Positions 1 to 13,815 of a stretch of DNA of 64,000 nt are shown piece after piece (position 1 is the first letter of the stretch; the number at the start of each line of letters is the position of its first letter). The stretch is from Eledone cirrhosa (lineage: Eukaryota), in contig OZ024740.1 of NCBI GenBank assembly GCA_964016885.1, positions 270,196,001 through 270,260,000 on the forward strand, written 5' to 3'. Both the position numbers and the translations under genes were made by a program. Under the pieces are notes generated by a model that ran no database searches, was not told the origin of the DNA, and saw nothing but the letters and a program-made list of their open reading frames with translations.

Positions 1-320
1 TACTGAGGCAACGTGAAGTAAAGTTTTTGTTCGTGAACACAACGTGACACCGGGCCCGATAATCGAAACCATAACATTATGATTGTAAAGCGGTGAATTG
101 GCAGTATCGGTAGAGAGTCGGACGCCATGCTTTCCAGCATAGTTACGTCCCTTTACGGTCTGAGTACAAATCCCGCCGAGGTTAACTTTGCCTTTCATCC
201 TTACGGGGTCGATAAAATAAAATACCAGTAATGTACTGAGTAATTGCTGGCCTTGTGCCAAAAGTAGAAACAATTATGATTGTAAAGCAAACCCCTCATC
301 CGCTAAGCCACATGCATCCA
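1..320 (-). mobile_element. tRNA-derived SINE (family B) 5' portion, interrupted by a family A SINE
   Basis: With 90-288 removed, the reverse complement reads tggatgcatgtggcttagcgg...gtttcgatt...acttcacgttgc. This is colinear with the copy at 4372-4650. Confidence 0.55.
90..272 (+). mobile_element. tRNA-derived SINE (family A), full length
   Basis: A-box-like tggcagtatcgg, B-box-like gtacaaatccc, core gcctttcatccttacggggtcgataaaataaa, tail gaaacaattat. Flanking direct repeat attatgattgtaaagc at 76-91 and 273-288. Confidence 0.85.
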
Positions 321-341
321 CGTAAGGCGGTGGTGTGTATG

Positions 342-380
<39 letters not shown>

Positions 381-1324
381 TGTGCGAAGCTGTGTGTGTA
401 TGCGAATATATGCACGGGTATGAGTCTATATAAACGTGAATGTGAAAGCGTGTATCTGTGGGTATTGCTGTATGTGTAGTGTGTATGTAAAAGCCAGTGT
501 GAGTGTGTGCATGGTGTATGTGTATATGTTATATATATATATATATATATATATGAATAACGTGTATGGAAATGTGTTTAGTTAAGTGTGCGTGTGTGTG
601 TGGTGTAATGTGCGTAAGTTTTGTATGTATATTATGTTTAACGTGTATACATATGGAGTGCAACATATAAGTGTATTACATGTATAAATGAAACATCTTT
701 GCGTGTTTAGAGGCGTTTATTTCTGGTTTTAGGTACCTGGATGTAGCCTGAAGAGATTGGAAAGGCTTTTTTACTTGTTATGAGACTGGTGAGCATTTTT
801 ATTATTTACAGAAACATCATGTCTGAAATTTGGAGAGAGAAAGGATACCGCAAATTCAGAAGAGAACCTGTTTCGCAATTGATTTAGTTGTAATTTGGAA
901 AGCAGTAAATACTGCCAGAGACATTAGAAGCAAATCGTGTGATGTTATTACAGGAATTAAGTTATTCGGTGGAAGCAGTTCAGTTGGAATTTAAATATTC
1001 AATACTACAAGAACTGTTGGTTGCTATTGTCTGATATTGTTATTCAGCTAGTTGGCTTACAAAGCGTAGGTAAGTTTTGGTATTGAGAAACAAAATTGTA
1101 TTTCCATGTTAGAATATGTATATTGAAAAGAAATTGTCAGTAGCAATATCTTTAAAGAAATTTAACATGGGTGTAGTTTGTTGTCTACATACTCACACCG
1201 CAAACAATAGTCCAGAATTAAAATGCGTGAAATTTGGGAAACTTCTAAATCTGTTATTCCAAAATCGCATTTAAATGGTACATATTCCCTAGTTTTCTCT
1301 TATAGTGAAATGTATCTGTTAAAC

Positions 1325-1430
1325 AATTGTTTCTACTTTGGCAAATGGCCAGCAATTATCCCAGTGCATTACTCGTGTTTTATTTTATCGACCCCGTAAG
1401 GATAAAAGGCAAAGTTAACCTCGGCGGGAT
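1325..1430 (-). mobile_element. SINE family A, 5'-truncated
   Basis: Reverse complement of the core and tail seen at 90-272. Confidence 0.8.
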
Positions 1431-2229
1431 GGTTGTGGTAATGATGGTATCGATGAAATCGACATCTTGTTGTTTATAGTTCTCTCATTTTATTTTATGG
1501 CAATTATGTAATGGATTTGGATGACATTTGAAAGCTTTCTGATATTATGAAAGCTAGAATAAAAATCTTTATTTGCTACAGCCATTTTTATTTCACCGTG
1601 AAGTGTTGATACCATCAAAATAGATGTTTATTCAAATAGAAAGACCGGGCGGAGCAGTATGGTAGCTCTCGGTAATGTTTTCAATGTCAGCCATAATCAT
1701 TGAAACAAACTTTCCCGTCTTAATCTGGTGTGAATGGCAGTGGATTGTTAAGCAAAATAAAATTATTTTCATGCACGAAGAAGAGTCTTGCGTGGTATTG
1801 AAAGCAAAATTGCAAAGTGAAATATTAAAACAGATTTTAAAAACTATCTAAGTTTTCTTATCATTCAAAGCATCATATGTGTATTTATGTGTTATAGAGT
1901 TAAATTGTTGAGTTAAATAACATTTTCCACACAAAGGAAACTGTCTAGTTATCAGTGTAGTATATAAATGTAAACTTACATCTGGAACTTATACCCAGGT
2001 ATAATTAGGAGCAACCGTTAATCTCTTTAAATAATTTTTTCTCACACTCACACGGCTTTAGATACAACAAACTAGCCAATACAACCTCATTATCGGAGAA
2101 AATTAACCGATGTAAATTTAGAAATGTCAATTATATGTATATTGGAGTAGATCCTCACTGTTTAAGCGTACGTCCACCTCGTCATCCTAGCGGACAGAAT
2201 GGAGAAGATGTTGTCATGAAAGGTAGGGA

Positions 2230-2970
2230 TGGTGACGCGTAGGAACAGCCAATTCCACTCTGTGGTTTGCTCTTGCGGTTAGCCTACTTCACCTTGATAG
2301 CAGTGAATAGGGATGTGGTGTGGTGTCCAAGAACGCTGGAAACCTTCATTGTCACAGAGTCGATCTGAAACCTATCAGATAGCGGCCGATATTTCGGCAG
2401 TTTGCCCTCTTCGGCCTGACGAGCAGTGAAGCGTGAGCTATTAGCTAAATGCACCAGTTTGCTACTGGAGAAGGTGTCACAACATGTAGCACTCCAGATG
2501 AGGCGCCTCGCATTCACCGATCACAGTAGGTTCCGTTGTGTTGTGGAGAACCCTGTTGACGAGGACATGGCAAAGGGCCACCGACAAAAACATAGACAGC
2601 TAGACCAGTACGACTGGTGACCGGTGACCGAGACCACCATATCTGACAGGTATGGTTGCCTGTTGCCTTCCAGTATAATCAAAAGAGTCGTCGTATATTT
2701 TGTCAGCAGCCTTTCGAATATAGTCGTCGAGATTTGTGAGGAGGGATGTGTGGTTGTAGCAGGGGGAATGCGAAAGGCTCATAGAAGCTTCGACTTGGTG
2801 AAGCAGTTACTTCACAAGAAGAGTGTCGTATGGGCGTCAATCAGGTTCATTCTGGTCGTCAGAGCTTTCAGGTGGCGATGCCTAGATCTGAAGGTGGAGT
2901 GAATGGCAAGCGCGAGGATCGGTGAACCAAGGATAAGAACGTCTTCTTTAGAAGTCACCAGCACCTGGTG
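2230..2970 (-). mobile_element. Decayed CRE-like non-LTR retrotransposon fragment (RT thumb to restriction-like endonuclease region)
   Basis: Motifs spread over several frames: DVLILGSPI, QATIPVRYGGLGHRS, RRLIWSATCCDTF and ARQAEEGKLPKY. These resemble CRE-clade QAxLPxxxGGLG and WDxTCxDT...AExxKxxKY. Confidence 0.6.
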
Positions 2971-2971
2971 G

Positions 2972-3244
2972 TTGAAATCCCGCCGAGGTTGACTTTGCCT
3001 TTCATCCTTACGGGGTCGATAAAATAAAGTACCAGTAATGCACTGAGATAATTGCTGGCCTTGTGCCAAAAGTAAAAATAATTATCTTATATATATATAA
3101 CGCATTGAGTTACGGCTCTTGCCATTCTGAGTTCAAATGCCGCCGAGGTTGACTTTGCCTTTCATCCTTACTGTGTCGATAAAATAAAGTACCAGTAATG
3201 CACTGGGTAATTGCTGGCCTTGTGCCAAAGGTAGAAACAATTAT
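2972..3244 (+). mobile_element. Two tandem 5'-truncated SINE family A copies
   Basis: Core and tail repeated at about 2972-3085 and 3100-3244. Confidence 0.8.
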
Positions 3245-3316
3245 CTCATATATATATATATATGTATATATATGTATATATATATATGTAGATATATATA
3301 TATATCTACATATATA

Positions 3317-3738
3317 CGACTGACCAACTAGCTGCTTTCACCTCGGCCAGTAGCCCTCAAAGTGGGCGACTGGCCGAGATGAAAGCAGCTAGTTGGTCAG
3401 TCGTCCTCTCTGTCTTTGATTTTTAGGACCCATGGTTTTTTACATATTCCTTTGTTATATTTCGAATACCTGATGATATCACCGGATTCATATGGAACCC
3501 GGCCATTGAAATGATCATAGTATAATAAACCTTTCAAGGATTTACACCAGTCCAGCCTCATGTTAATTTATTTATAATTAACTCCGTATTCGCACCACCA
3601 ACTACACAAACGAAGACGAGTGAGCTGCACTACGTTGAGTACTCTCCATAATATTACACCAAGATTGACCATACGGAATGACCAATTCTATCCAGTGGTG
3701 AACCAACAAACCTAGTATTCTTCTTTCTTCTCATGTTT
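3317..3738 (+). mobile_element. Penelope-like pseudo-LTR remnant with 5' foldback, flanked by (TA)n
   Basis: Near-perfect hairpin at 3317-3404, hammerhead-like motif at 3466-3523 followed by AATAAA, (TA)n on both sides. Confidence 0.45.
3466..3523 (+). ncRNA. Degenerate minimal type I hammerhead ribozyme
   Basis: atac-CTGATGA-(imperfect stem II with ccgg/ccgg)-GAAAT-gatc-ATA-gtat. Stem I is atac/gtat and loop III is palindromic. Confidence 0.45.
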
Positions 3739-3812
3739 TATATATATATATATATATATATACGCATGTGGTTGACGGCTGAGAGAAAAGATTACTCAAT
3801 ATAGAAGTAGAG

Positions 3813-3858
<46 letters not shown>

Positions 3859-4371
3859 ATAGGATGTGGTAAAATTCCAGGTGGACCATGATCCACCATA
3901 GTACTCGAAATTTGTAGTCGGAGAGTGGATAATATGAACAGATTCAGGACCCCGACGGCTGAGCTTCGGCCGTATCGACAGCCAGATCCGACCTAAAGCG
4001 CCAGTATCATGTCTAGGGCGACGTAGAAGATGATTTAATGGTTTGACTTTTGGCGTTTCGGAAATATGTCCTTCTTCAAGAAATGGAGAATGTTCGGAGA
4101 GAGAGAAAAAGGGTTAGAATATCTGAGCTATATAAAAAAAAAACAGTTTTATAAACCAGGCATGGACAGTACCTCGCCTAAGCGCAGCAGTGTCCAAGGT
4201 AAAGTATTTATGTATGTGTTATACGTGTATATGTGGTAAATCACTAATTGATATATTGTTTAAGGAAAAGGTTGATTGATTAGTGGAACTAGTAAAGCTT
4301 CGGATAATTTCACATTGTTGTATTTTCTTGTTTTTTACATTCCGAGTTCAATTTTCCTTTTCACTTATGGT

Positions 4372-4650
4372 CTGGAGGCACGTGGCCTTGTGGTAAGGGT
4401 GTTGGACTTATGATCATAATGTCGTGAGTTCGATTCCTGGGCTGGGTTGTGTGTTTGTTCTTCGACAAAACACTTCATTTCACGTTGCTCCAGTGTACTC
4501 AGGTGAAAATGAGTACCAGCAATGGCTGGGAGTTTAACCCTGAGAATGATTGGCGTCGGGTCCATGGGGAGTTGTGTACTCTCAGTTGCTCCACGCCATT
4601 AAACCGGGATAAGCACCGGCATACTGAGCCTTCTGGCTAAGAGAGACTTT
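4372..4650 (+). mobile_element. tRNA-derived SINE (family B), full length
   Basis: A box tggccttgtgg, B box gttcgattcc, central aaaatgagtaccag, tail gagcc..tggct..agacttta. Related pieces at 1-320 and 24355-24487. Confidence 0.7.
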
Positions 4651-6685
4651 AAAATTTTTAAACTTTAGTTATATAGTCGTTTATTTAATTAATTTTGCCC
4701 ATCCGCTAAATTTAATGAATTGTTGGATGTGCTTAAATTATAAATCAATATATTGTTGAAGGATATTTGTAAAGTCCTGATCAACTTTAATTGTTCATTT
4801 GCTATAAAGAAATCCCAAGGATATTGTTTCAAGTAAATTACTTGCGTAAATATTTGATAGCCTATCTAGTTTTTGCATCAAATCAAAAATAACATTTCAT
4901 GTATTTAGATTTGGAATTATCTTCACAATCAATATTTGAAAATATCAGTGAGTTTTCAAATTGTTTTATTATGTTCCTATTTTCTCTTTCTTCTTAAAAA
5001 GTGGTGAGGTACAATTCAATAATAATTATTTATAAATCAATAACATATGAAGTCCAACATACTGGAAAGAATGTTTACTTATAAAACAGCTTTACGTTTT
5101 GTTTAGAAAATGTTAATATTAAACACTGCAGTAGAGACATCATGCGTTCAAATTTGTCTTTCGAGTAAGAATTTTGTATTCCCCAAAATATAATTTTGAC
5201 TTTGTATACTGTAAAAATAAAAATAATTCCAGTAATCCAGTCTTGTGATATGGAGGTTACTCCCAGCTGTTTGTAATCAGATTAAGCCTGGCATCTGAAA
5301 CCCTTTCTTTTCCATTTTGCTGCAATCTACTGCGTTACCATCAAATCCTTGCGCCTCACCGCTATTGGTTAACTTATTCGCCAACACCACCTCATCACTT
5401 TTAAGTTCATAATCCTCATGACTTATATCTTGTTAGGGATAACCATAAACAAACACATCAAATATCAGTAAAATGTTTCTCTCAATTCGGTATGATATTT
5501 TCGAAGGTTAATGAAGGTCAATGGAGGTTATATCATTGTTAGATTCTAGAGGAATTTGATATGAAACCTGGTGTAGCACATTTTACGAAATTTGAGAGTT
5601 TTCTTTATGGAAAGCATCGTTAACTTCTGTTGAAATATTTGACCACACTGCTTTAAGGTTGAACAGTTACTCTTTACAGTTTAAAGGACATTTAAGGAAC
5701 CAGTCGATTTTAACAGCTGAGGTCTAAAGGGGTTTTCATTTTTTGGAAAGGAATAGCAATAGATACATTATCAACAAGACAAAGTCTGTGATTTTGTTCC
5801 CGAATCGTAGCACCTCAGCTCTCAAAGACGAACGTTTTCTCTAATGTGTCGTTAAGCCTAAGATCAGTTGAATTTATTTAATCCAGTTTCTTGTTTGCCT
5901 GCCTTTGTTAATTTGTCCATTTGAATACGGGTAAGAGCATTTAGCCCATTCATTGAAGCTAATTCCAAATTTGAAATTTTAACATCACAGTTGCCTTACG
6001 AAACGCACATACATTGTAAACATCTTGAATAAAATCGTTCAAATCCGTATGATCTTGTGGCTTAGCTTTTTTCAAAATTTTTTTTTTTTGGGGGGGGGGG
6101 GGTAAGAATGTGGTACTGATAGCAAAATTGAAGTGAAAATAAAGTATTTATATTTTCGTTTTCAATTCCCACGGTAGTAAATATGTTCTATGTATGATGG
6201 TGCCTTCCAAGAATTGTTAACTCTTCATACTTTGGAACAAATAAAATGGCGATCCGAAAGGCTTACACGCTGCGATATTTGGGCACACCTCAAGAAAACA
6301 GATGCGTATCGTTCACATGAAAGGGAAAACTGAGGCTTTACTACATATGATACATGGACACTCTATTTCCTTAAGTAAAGATATTCTAACAGCAAAACAT
6401 ATGCAATCATCTTTTCAGACTTCGGCTTTCCGCCCACGTTTCTATTGCAAAGACATTTAAAGTAAGTGAAAATATACGATAACTTGAAACATCTGTACAA
6501 CAAGCTGCTTCTATCTCTCTATGTCATGTTTTTGTCTGAAAAACACCGGGTGTGTTCCGATCTTATGTATGAGATCTCGGGTGAATAAGGTTTTAGATTG
6601 CGCAAGACATGTCATGTGTCAAACCGGCACCCCCTACGACCCCATCGGTAGGTAAGGGTACATTACAGATTACCGTTTTATATAT

Positions 6686-6718
<33 letters not shown>

Positions 6719-7014
6719 ATAAGGAGTTGACGGACCCAGCATATTTATTAATTATATATATATAATTCAAAAAGAACAACCAGTTTTTACTCAGTTAAAA
6801 CCACTTATTTCTACGACCTTTTCGGTTAAGAGAGATATAATAGCAATCAAATAAATATAAAAAATCACTTAATTATTATTTATACGATATAAACATCTCT
6901 CAGAATCATCTCATCAAGAACATCAGGATTAATTAGATAAGTCCCTTACACCCACTATGTTATTACAACAAACGCTCTTGTTAAAACACGAGTGGATTTT
7001 ACTACTTTCAATTA

Positions 7015-7071
<57 letters not shown>

Positions 7072-7228
7072 GTTTACATATACATAAAGTTATATATGTT
7101 GCAACCGGTCACTTTGTGGCTCTATGAAGAATTAATAAATTAAATAATCAGAGCAATATATCATAAATCATTATATATATATAATGGTATATATTTTATT
7201 TATCTGATAATTCTAAAGACATGATTTA

Positions 7229-7274
<46 letters not shown>

Positions 7275-9049
7275 ATGTGGGGGGGGGGGGGGTATATAAA
7301 ACAGTCGAATTAAGGAATAATGAAGAAAATATTAACAATTAGTTAATAAAGCAATAAAATAAAATATAAAGAAACAAACCCTGAGAGAAAAACAGAATGT
7401 GATGCAGAACTGAGACCAATCTTTCATGCTAATTGCATAGCTAGATGTAGAATATCAATCGACTCAAATTTTCATGCTGCCACCTGTAACCGATATTTAA
7501 ATATTTCATTATTAACATTTGCCTAATTATGAAAAGAGATTACTTTAAAAAAATACACGAGGAAAGGCAGATTGATGATAGCCAAAATGTGTGTGTGTGT
7601 TCAGAATGCCTGATAGGAAGTAGCTTAGTAGAAAAAGAAAGCAGAAAATCAATAAACGAAGTACATTTCTGCGTTTGATGTGTGGTACTACTTACTATAT
7701 TATAAGCAATTGTAGCAGTGTTCAGAGATGTTTCCCTCCCAAACAGAAGAAAAGGTTGCCACATCGCTAGGTAGAATATTTATGGTGAAGTGGAACGCGT
7801 TTGAAAATCATTGAGACATTAACTGTTTTGTTTTCCTTACAAGAGCATTGTTAAATGGATCAAATGAATTTGACTCTTGTATAACTATATTTACACTACA
7901 TTTGACATTCAATATACTTCAATTTCAACCTCACCAAATGTTAACATTTTATGATCAAAAATAATATCTTTGGTATAGGAACAAATGCAGTTGTTCCTAA
8001 GTACATTCCAATCACTGGTAATAAGATATGGAAGTGTCACAGACATTTTGATGATGGTCCTTGACAATATTACACTTTGGGTTACACTTAGGAAACCTTT
8101 ACATAGTGTTTCTAAGTATGGCCAGAGATTTTTAGTGTTTTTGGTATATTGCAAAGCTACTATGTTAGATTCAAACTTGCACCATTCTTCTTGTCTGATG
8201 GGCATGGTAATTTAAACTAAGATCAGTAAATAATATTTCACCCAGATTTTCAAATGTCTACCTGACTCAATGCATTCACTTCTATGAGTATAGTGTGTAA
8301 TTGATCTGTTTGAAAGCTGCTGTATTAGGTTCAGGCCCTGCATATTTCCTCTTATCTGCAGGTAAAAGCAGATTTAATGCTTATTTCACAAGATTGACTA
8401 TAATTCATTGTCAGATGGGATACGTGCCATCACTCTGATTTCAAACCAGGGTGGATGGAACTCCTTAGTTGCATTTCAAGTGGCCTACGGCTTCATCCTT
8501 ATGATTCAGACGGATGAGCTTAAATATGGTAGCCAGCTTCCAAGAAATGGCTGGACAAGTATTCGGTGTCCAGCAACTTTACCTTTTTTTTCTATGACAA
8601 TTACAGACATACAGTGCAATATAGATTAGCATTGGTACTATTGTCCCTTCTCTCCGACTCTCAGCAATGAGGATTGAAAGAGTGCTGATGAAACCAGAAC
8701 TTTGAGAACCTTTTCCTGTATTTTGGTTTAGATTTAACTCCGAATCATCGGTTAGGAGGACCGGATTGAAACAATAGACATATCAATTCAGATTATTCAG
8801 GCGTATGAGAAAAAGCGTTCCCATTTTTGCAATCTCATCGTTACTATATGTGTGTGACTTGGATACGTGTCTAATTGAGTGTATATGCAACGTGTATGTG
8901 TTTCCGCATTTATTTTACCATACGGAAGAGGTCGTTGTCACGTGTGTATTCATGTATATATATGTTGAATATAGTGTATGGTGCTGTAATTGAACCTTTA
9001 TTGTTTGAATGTATATTTCTGGAGTCTAACATCGAATGTTTTCAATATG

Positions 9050-9530
<481 letters not shown>

Positions 9531-9762
9531 GTTTGTTTCACGTGTTGTTTTCATTAATATCACTTCTCTGACTAACTGTAAATAACGTTTCTGTATTGAT
9601 ATATATATAAAAAACACAGTATTTTTTCTTTCGAAAAAATTGCAGGATGTTCTTTGAAGAAGAAAGGTTTGTGCTTAAAACTATATCATACGAAATATGT
9701 TGTAGCTTAATTCACTACTTTTTTCAAAAAATAAAGAATACATAAACAGAAATTAGAACACA

Positions 9763-9763
9763 C

Positions 9764-9813
<50 letters not shown>

Positions 9814-9889
9814 CAGTAGCAGCAGTAGTAGCAGTAGTAGTAGCATCAACAGAAGTAGCAGTGGTACTAGTAGTAGTAGTCGAAGCAGC

Positions 9890-9927
<38 letters not shown>

Positions 9928-9994
9928 CATCAGTAGAAGCAGCAGTAGTAGTAGAAGTAGTAGTAGCAGTAGTAGTAGTAGTAGTAGTAGTAGT
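9763..9994. repeat. (TAG)n/(CAG)n microsatellite
   Basis: Directly visible. Confidence 0.95.
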
Positions 9995-10237
9995 ATGCTG
10001 CCTTTAATACACAAGAACTCTTCTTGCTCTTACATTTACACTTTCCTGATGAAGTACAAACTTCCGATATGTTGGGACATTCTTTTTCCAACACACGTGA
10101 AACTAATATTATATTTTGTATTGTTATTCCTGTGTTTGTACTATGACTCTGACACAGTGTGAAACGTAACAAGGTTTGTATATTGAAGCATATACGAAAT
10201 GTTTATAAACAGAGAGAAATATATATTATTATGTTGG

Positions 10238-11478
10238 AAATTCTTGTGGAGAGGACAAGTCCCGTTGAGGAGGCGGTCCATCTGCTGCCAGCACCCTCTA
10301 TGCGGAGGGCTGGACGTGCCGTGGTTAATGATGCGCAGACATGCGCTGAGGCGCGACATCTCCAGATATTCTGCCTAAACGGTGAACAGGTGTGGTCGCC
10401 CTTTATCAGACGGGCCTTTCCGCAGCTCGTTTCTTTGACTGAGCTGCAGTCCTGGGTCAAGAAGAGACCAACACTGAGTGACTGGCACCTGGAATGCTGC
10501 CAGACACTCACTGCCCTCTACGAAACGGGCAATGCGATCAGTGGAACTTCCGATCTCGAGTTCTATAGAGGATTAGTGGTGAGCAAGTGCGATAACGCAC
10601 TCGGAGAAGCTTTGAGCCTCGATTAAGTCGAAATAACCAGTCTGTTCCGGAGGACATTCGAGCCGTGGACGATGGACAATTTCCAGAAATCCCTCGCTTG
10701 GCAGTGCTACCGGAGGGTGGGGTGGGGTACTACCGGTTCGGGATGAACTCTACATGCACGGAAGTGCTGTCAGATGGTCCTGCCCGAGATGCGCATAGAG
10801 CGACGAAACCGTTCAGCACGCACATGTCCAATGTCCGTGCATTACTGACTTGCGGAGTTATGTTGAACAGCTATTGTCGCGTATAGAATGGATCCGGCTA
10901 TCGGCCGAATCCATAGTGAAGATCGACCCGCCGCCTTCCTTTGGCCAGGAACAGCAGGCAATTTTCCTCTGTCAGGCGGCAGTTGCGAAAGAGGTTATAT
11001 GGTGGACCAGATTGAAAGGACTGAAGACAGACACTTTTCTCTTCGGCGAATCCCTCATCAACTTCTTCAAGTTTCACCTGGAAAGGAAGGTAAGGGTGGA
11101 GAGAGAAGTGCTGCCCCCAGTACATTTGCTAAAAGGTGGATGAATATGGTGAGAATGGCCCGTGTGAATGGGCCTACTCTGACCATGCGCCTATAGGCTA
11201 GCTAACTTGAGGAGGAGAGGGACGCTCTCCCCGGGTGCCCTAGACGCGCAGGGTGGTTCAGAATTGTCGGGGTACCTGAGTCACCCCTGGGTCGTCCACC
11301 CCGCTATAGGGGAATTTATTTTGTTATATTTATGCATAGTTTATTTTATATTTTTGATATCTTCATTGTTAAATTAGTCTTGCCATTGTGCACTTTTACT
11401 CGAGCTTATTGTAAACCCCCACTGTCCCTGTCTCTGTATTGTCCCCTACATGTCGGCCCTTGTGGCTAATAAATGAAA

Positions 11479-11526
<48 letters not shown>
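10238..11526 (+). mobile_element. 5'-truncated L1/Tx1-type LINE (ORF2 C-terminus, 3' UTR, (ATT)n tail)
   Basis: Colinear with the reverse complement of 57241-58520 (RHLQIFCLNGEQVWS, MDNFQKSLAWQCYR, CPRC, FFKFHLERKVRVERE). Frameshifted. Ends aataaatgaaatc(att)n. Confidence 0.85.
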
Positions 11527-11528
<2 letters not shown>

Positions 11529-11930
11529 GGGTGGTGGTTTGGGAGATACCATGCTTTGCGGCATAGAGTTATGGTCCTTTGCGTTCTGATTTCAAATCCG
11601 CCGAGCTTCACTTTGCCTGTCATCCTTACGGGGTCGTTAAAATAAAGTACCAGTAATGCACTGGGGTCGATTTAATCGACTTTTCCCTCCTCCCAAATTA
11701 CTGGCCTTGTGCCTATACTAGAAAACATTATTATAATTATAGGCGGTGGATTGGCAGTATCGGTAGAGGGTCGGACGCCATGCTTTCCAGCATAGTTACG
11801 TCCCTTTACGATTTGAGTTCAAATCCCGCCGAGGTTGACTTTGCCTTTCATCCTTACGGGGTCGATAAAATAAAGTACCAGTAATGCACTGGGTAATTGC
11901 TGGCCTTGTGCCTAAAGTAGAAACAATTAT
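11529..11930 (+). mobile_element. Two tandem SINE family A copies (long-tail variant, then standard) in the LINE (ATT)n tail
   Basis: 11529-11730 has an extra ggggtcgatttaatcgacttttccc segment. 11741-11930 is a standard copy. Confidence 0.85.
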
Positions 11931-11938
11931 TATTATTA

Positions 11939-12473
11939 TAGGGGTTGGAGAAAATAATGGAAACACCTAGCATCATAGCATCATAATTTTGAAATATCTA
12001 TAAAACGGTCAACAGCTTGTCTATTTTTATTGTTCTCGAGGTGGTCATTAAGCTCTGCAGTAATTTTGGGTGCTGTACTTTTGTGATCCTTTCTAACAAT
12101 TCGCGTAAGAGTCCGACGGTCCCTATCGGAAAGTTTTGGTTTTCTTCCGGAGTTTTGTTTCGATGAGGAGGTTTTTCCCTCTTTCTCAAAGTCTGTCATT
12201 ACCTTCGAGACAGTACTTCTTGATACACCAAACATTTCGGCTGTTTTCGTTACGCTAGCGCCTGTCATACGAGCACCAACAATTTGACATTTTGAAAGTC
12301 CGATAGATCTGTCATTTTAATGAATTTTAATTAACTTTTTCTGGTGATATCTGAAAAGAAACAGCAATTTTAACAAAACATATTAAGCAACACTAACAAT
12401 AAATAAATAAACATAAAAATAAACAAGCTTTTGCCGGTTTTATAGATGTTTCCATTATTTTGTCCAACCCCTG
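11939..12473 (-). mobile_element. Internally deleted Tc1-family DNA transposon
   Basis: TIRs (t/c)aggggttgg.aaataatggaaaca at both ends with TA flanks. Encodes only the paired-like HTH N-terminus (MTDLSDFQ...GASVTKTAEMFGVSRSTVSKV...SGRKPKLSDRDRRTL). No DDE domain. Confidence 0.9.
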
Positions 12474-12562
12474 TATATATATAAATATTGAGTTATAAAC
12501 TCGAAATAGTCTTTTACAATTAAATAGCTCAAAGAAGGGAATATTTCTGAGCCGTGTAATAC

Positions 12563-12939
12563 AAATGAATATATGAGGGATGAACATCTATACAATTATA
12601 GAAGTGACCAAGTTAGCTAGGTTGTGGAAAAATATTAATTTAACATATGGTTTGCCTGTCTCGATTAAAAATAATAAATCAATAAAAATAACCAACCTGG
12701 ACAAACCTTAAATCTGCTTGACAAGATTCAAAATTTGTTTCGCAACAATTAAGTGAAAGTTACTATACCTGTGCTCTTCTGCAGGTATCCAGAAATTGGT
12801 ACCTTCCACTTCAGAATACTTAAGAAGACTGAGAAACATGTGTTGTTGAACGCACGTGCTTCCAACCTAGCTAACTTGGTCATTTACAATCCGAACACTT
12901 CTATAATTGTATAGATGTTCATCCCTTATATATTTATTT
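12563..12939. repeat. Inverted repeat (arms about 12563-12624 and 12863-12939), likely a PLE pseudo-LTR remnant
   Basis: gatgaacatctatacaattatagaagt..gaccaagttagctaggttg is mirrored. A decayed hammerhead-like cagaaga...gcgaaac lies on - in the spacer. Confidence 0.6.
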
Positions 12940-13003
12940 ATATATATATATATACATATATACATATATACATATATATATATGTATATATATTATATAT
13001 GTA

Positions 13004-13040
<37 letters not shown>

Positions 13041-13073
13041 GATTTGAATGGATACAGTTTAGTTGAAAGGAAT

Positions 13074-13190
13074 TTATTGACACGTGTTTCTATAACAGTT
13101 ACATAACCTAAAACAGCTATCTACAAACTTTTAGTTATGCAGACATTCAATATTTCAATGTTATTATTTACTGTCATTTCATCAGAATAA
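13074..13190 (-). ncRNA. Type I hammerhead ribozyme with enlarged stem II
   Basis: Minus strand: ttatt-CTGATGA-aatgacagt...actgttata-GAAAC-acgt-GTC-aataa. Perfect 5-bp stem I, intact core, GUC cleavage triplet. Confidence 0.65.
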
Positions 13191-13762
13191 TATTACTGAG
13201 GACCTATTTAGTTTTTATAGAGAATATTAGGAGGGAGGGGTGAAGTTGTTAGAAGAATAGTTGAAGGAGTGGTTTTTCGATAGCAGTGAGAATTCTTGGT
13301 GGCAGTGAGTAATTAGATTCCCATCTGTTGTTTTGACATTTTTTATGGAATATATTATTGGTTATTTTTCTAAATCTATAGAAGGATTAGAGATAGTAAA
13401 GATATGCGTGGTTGGTTTTGTGTTTGCACTTAACATTCAGACTTAAATTTTTCTTTCAAGTGTACGTATTCTTTCACCCACGCATTCACACACAAATATA
13501 TTTGCACACCTCTACAAAATACATATACTCACAATTCACATATTCATACTTACATATATATACACATGCATACACATATATATACACACATGTATTCATG
13601 TACATACATACGCGCTCATGTGTATACATATTCATACTCAACTTATCTTTATATATACACACGTATAGACACACACATATATACATACATACTCTAGTCC
13701 ATGTGTACACACATACACATACATACACATCCATATACACATACATACATACACATATATAC

Positions 13763-13815
<53 letters not shown>

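Noticed and set aside
745-830. ctgaaga...gaaac hammerhead-like words
   Set aside because: No convincing stem I or stem II pairing.
3857-4090. Decayed hammerhead-like motif on - and similarity to 56703-56780
   Set aside because: Probably another PLE terminal remnant, but the core and cleavage site are too degraded to call.
5200-6660. Possible decayed DNA-transposon coding region on -
   Set aside because: It has a coding-like texture, but I could not identify a diagnostic motif or paired ends.
7900-8640. Possible RNase H-bearing LINE remnant on - (FHPPWF, YTHRS)
   Set aside because: The motifs are too short and degenerate to support a call.
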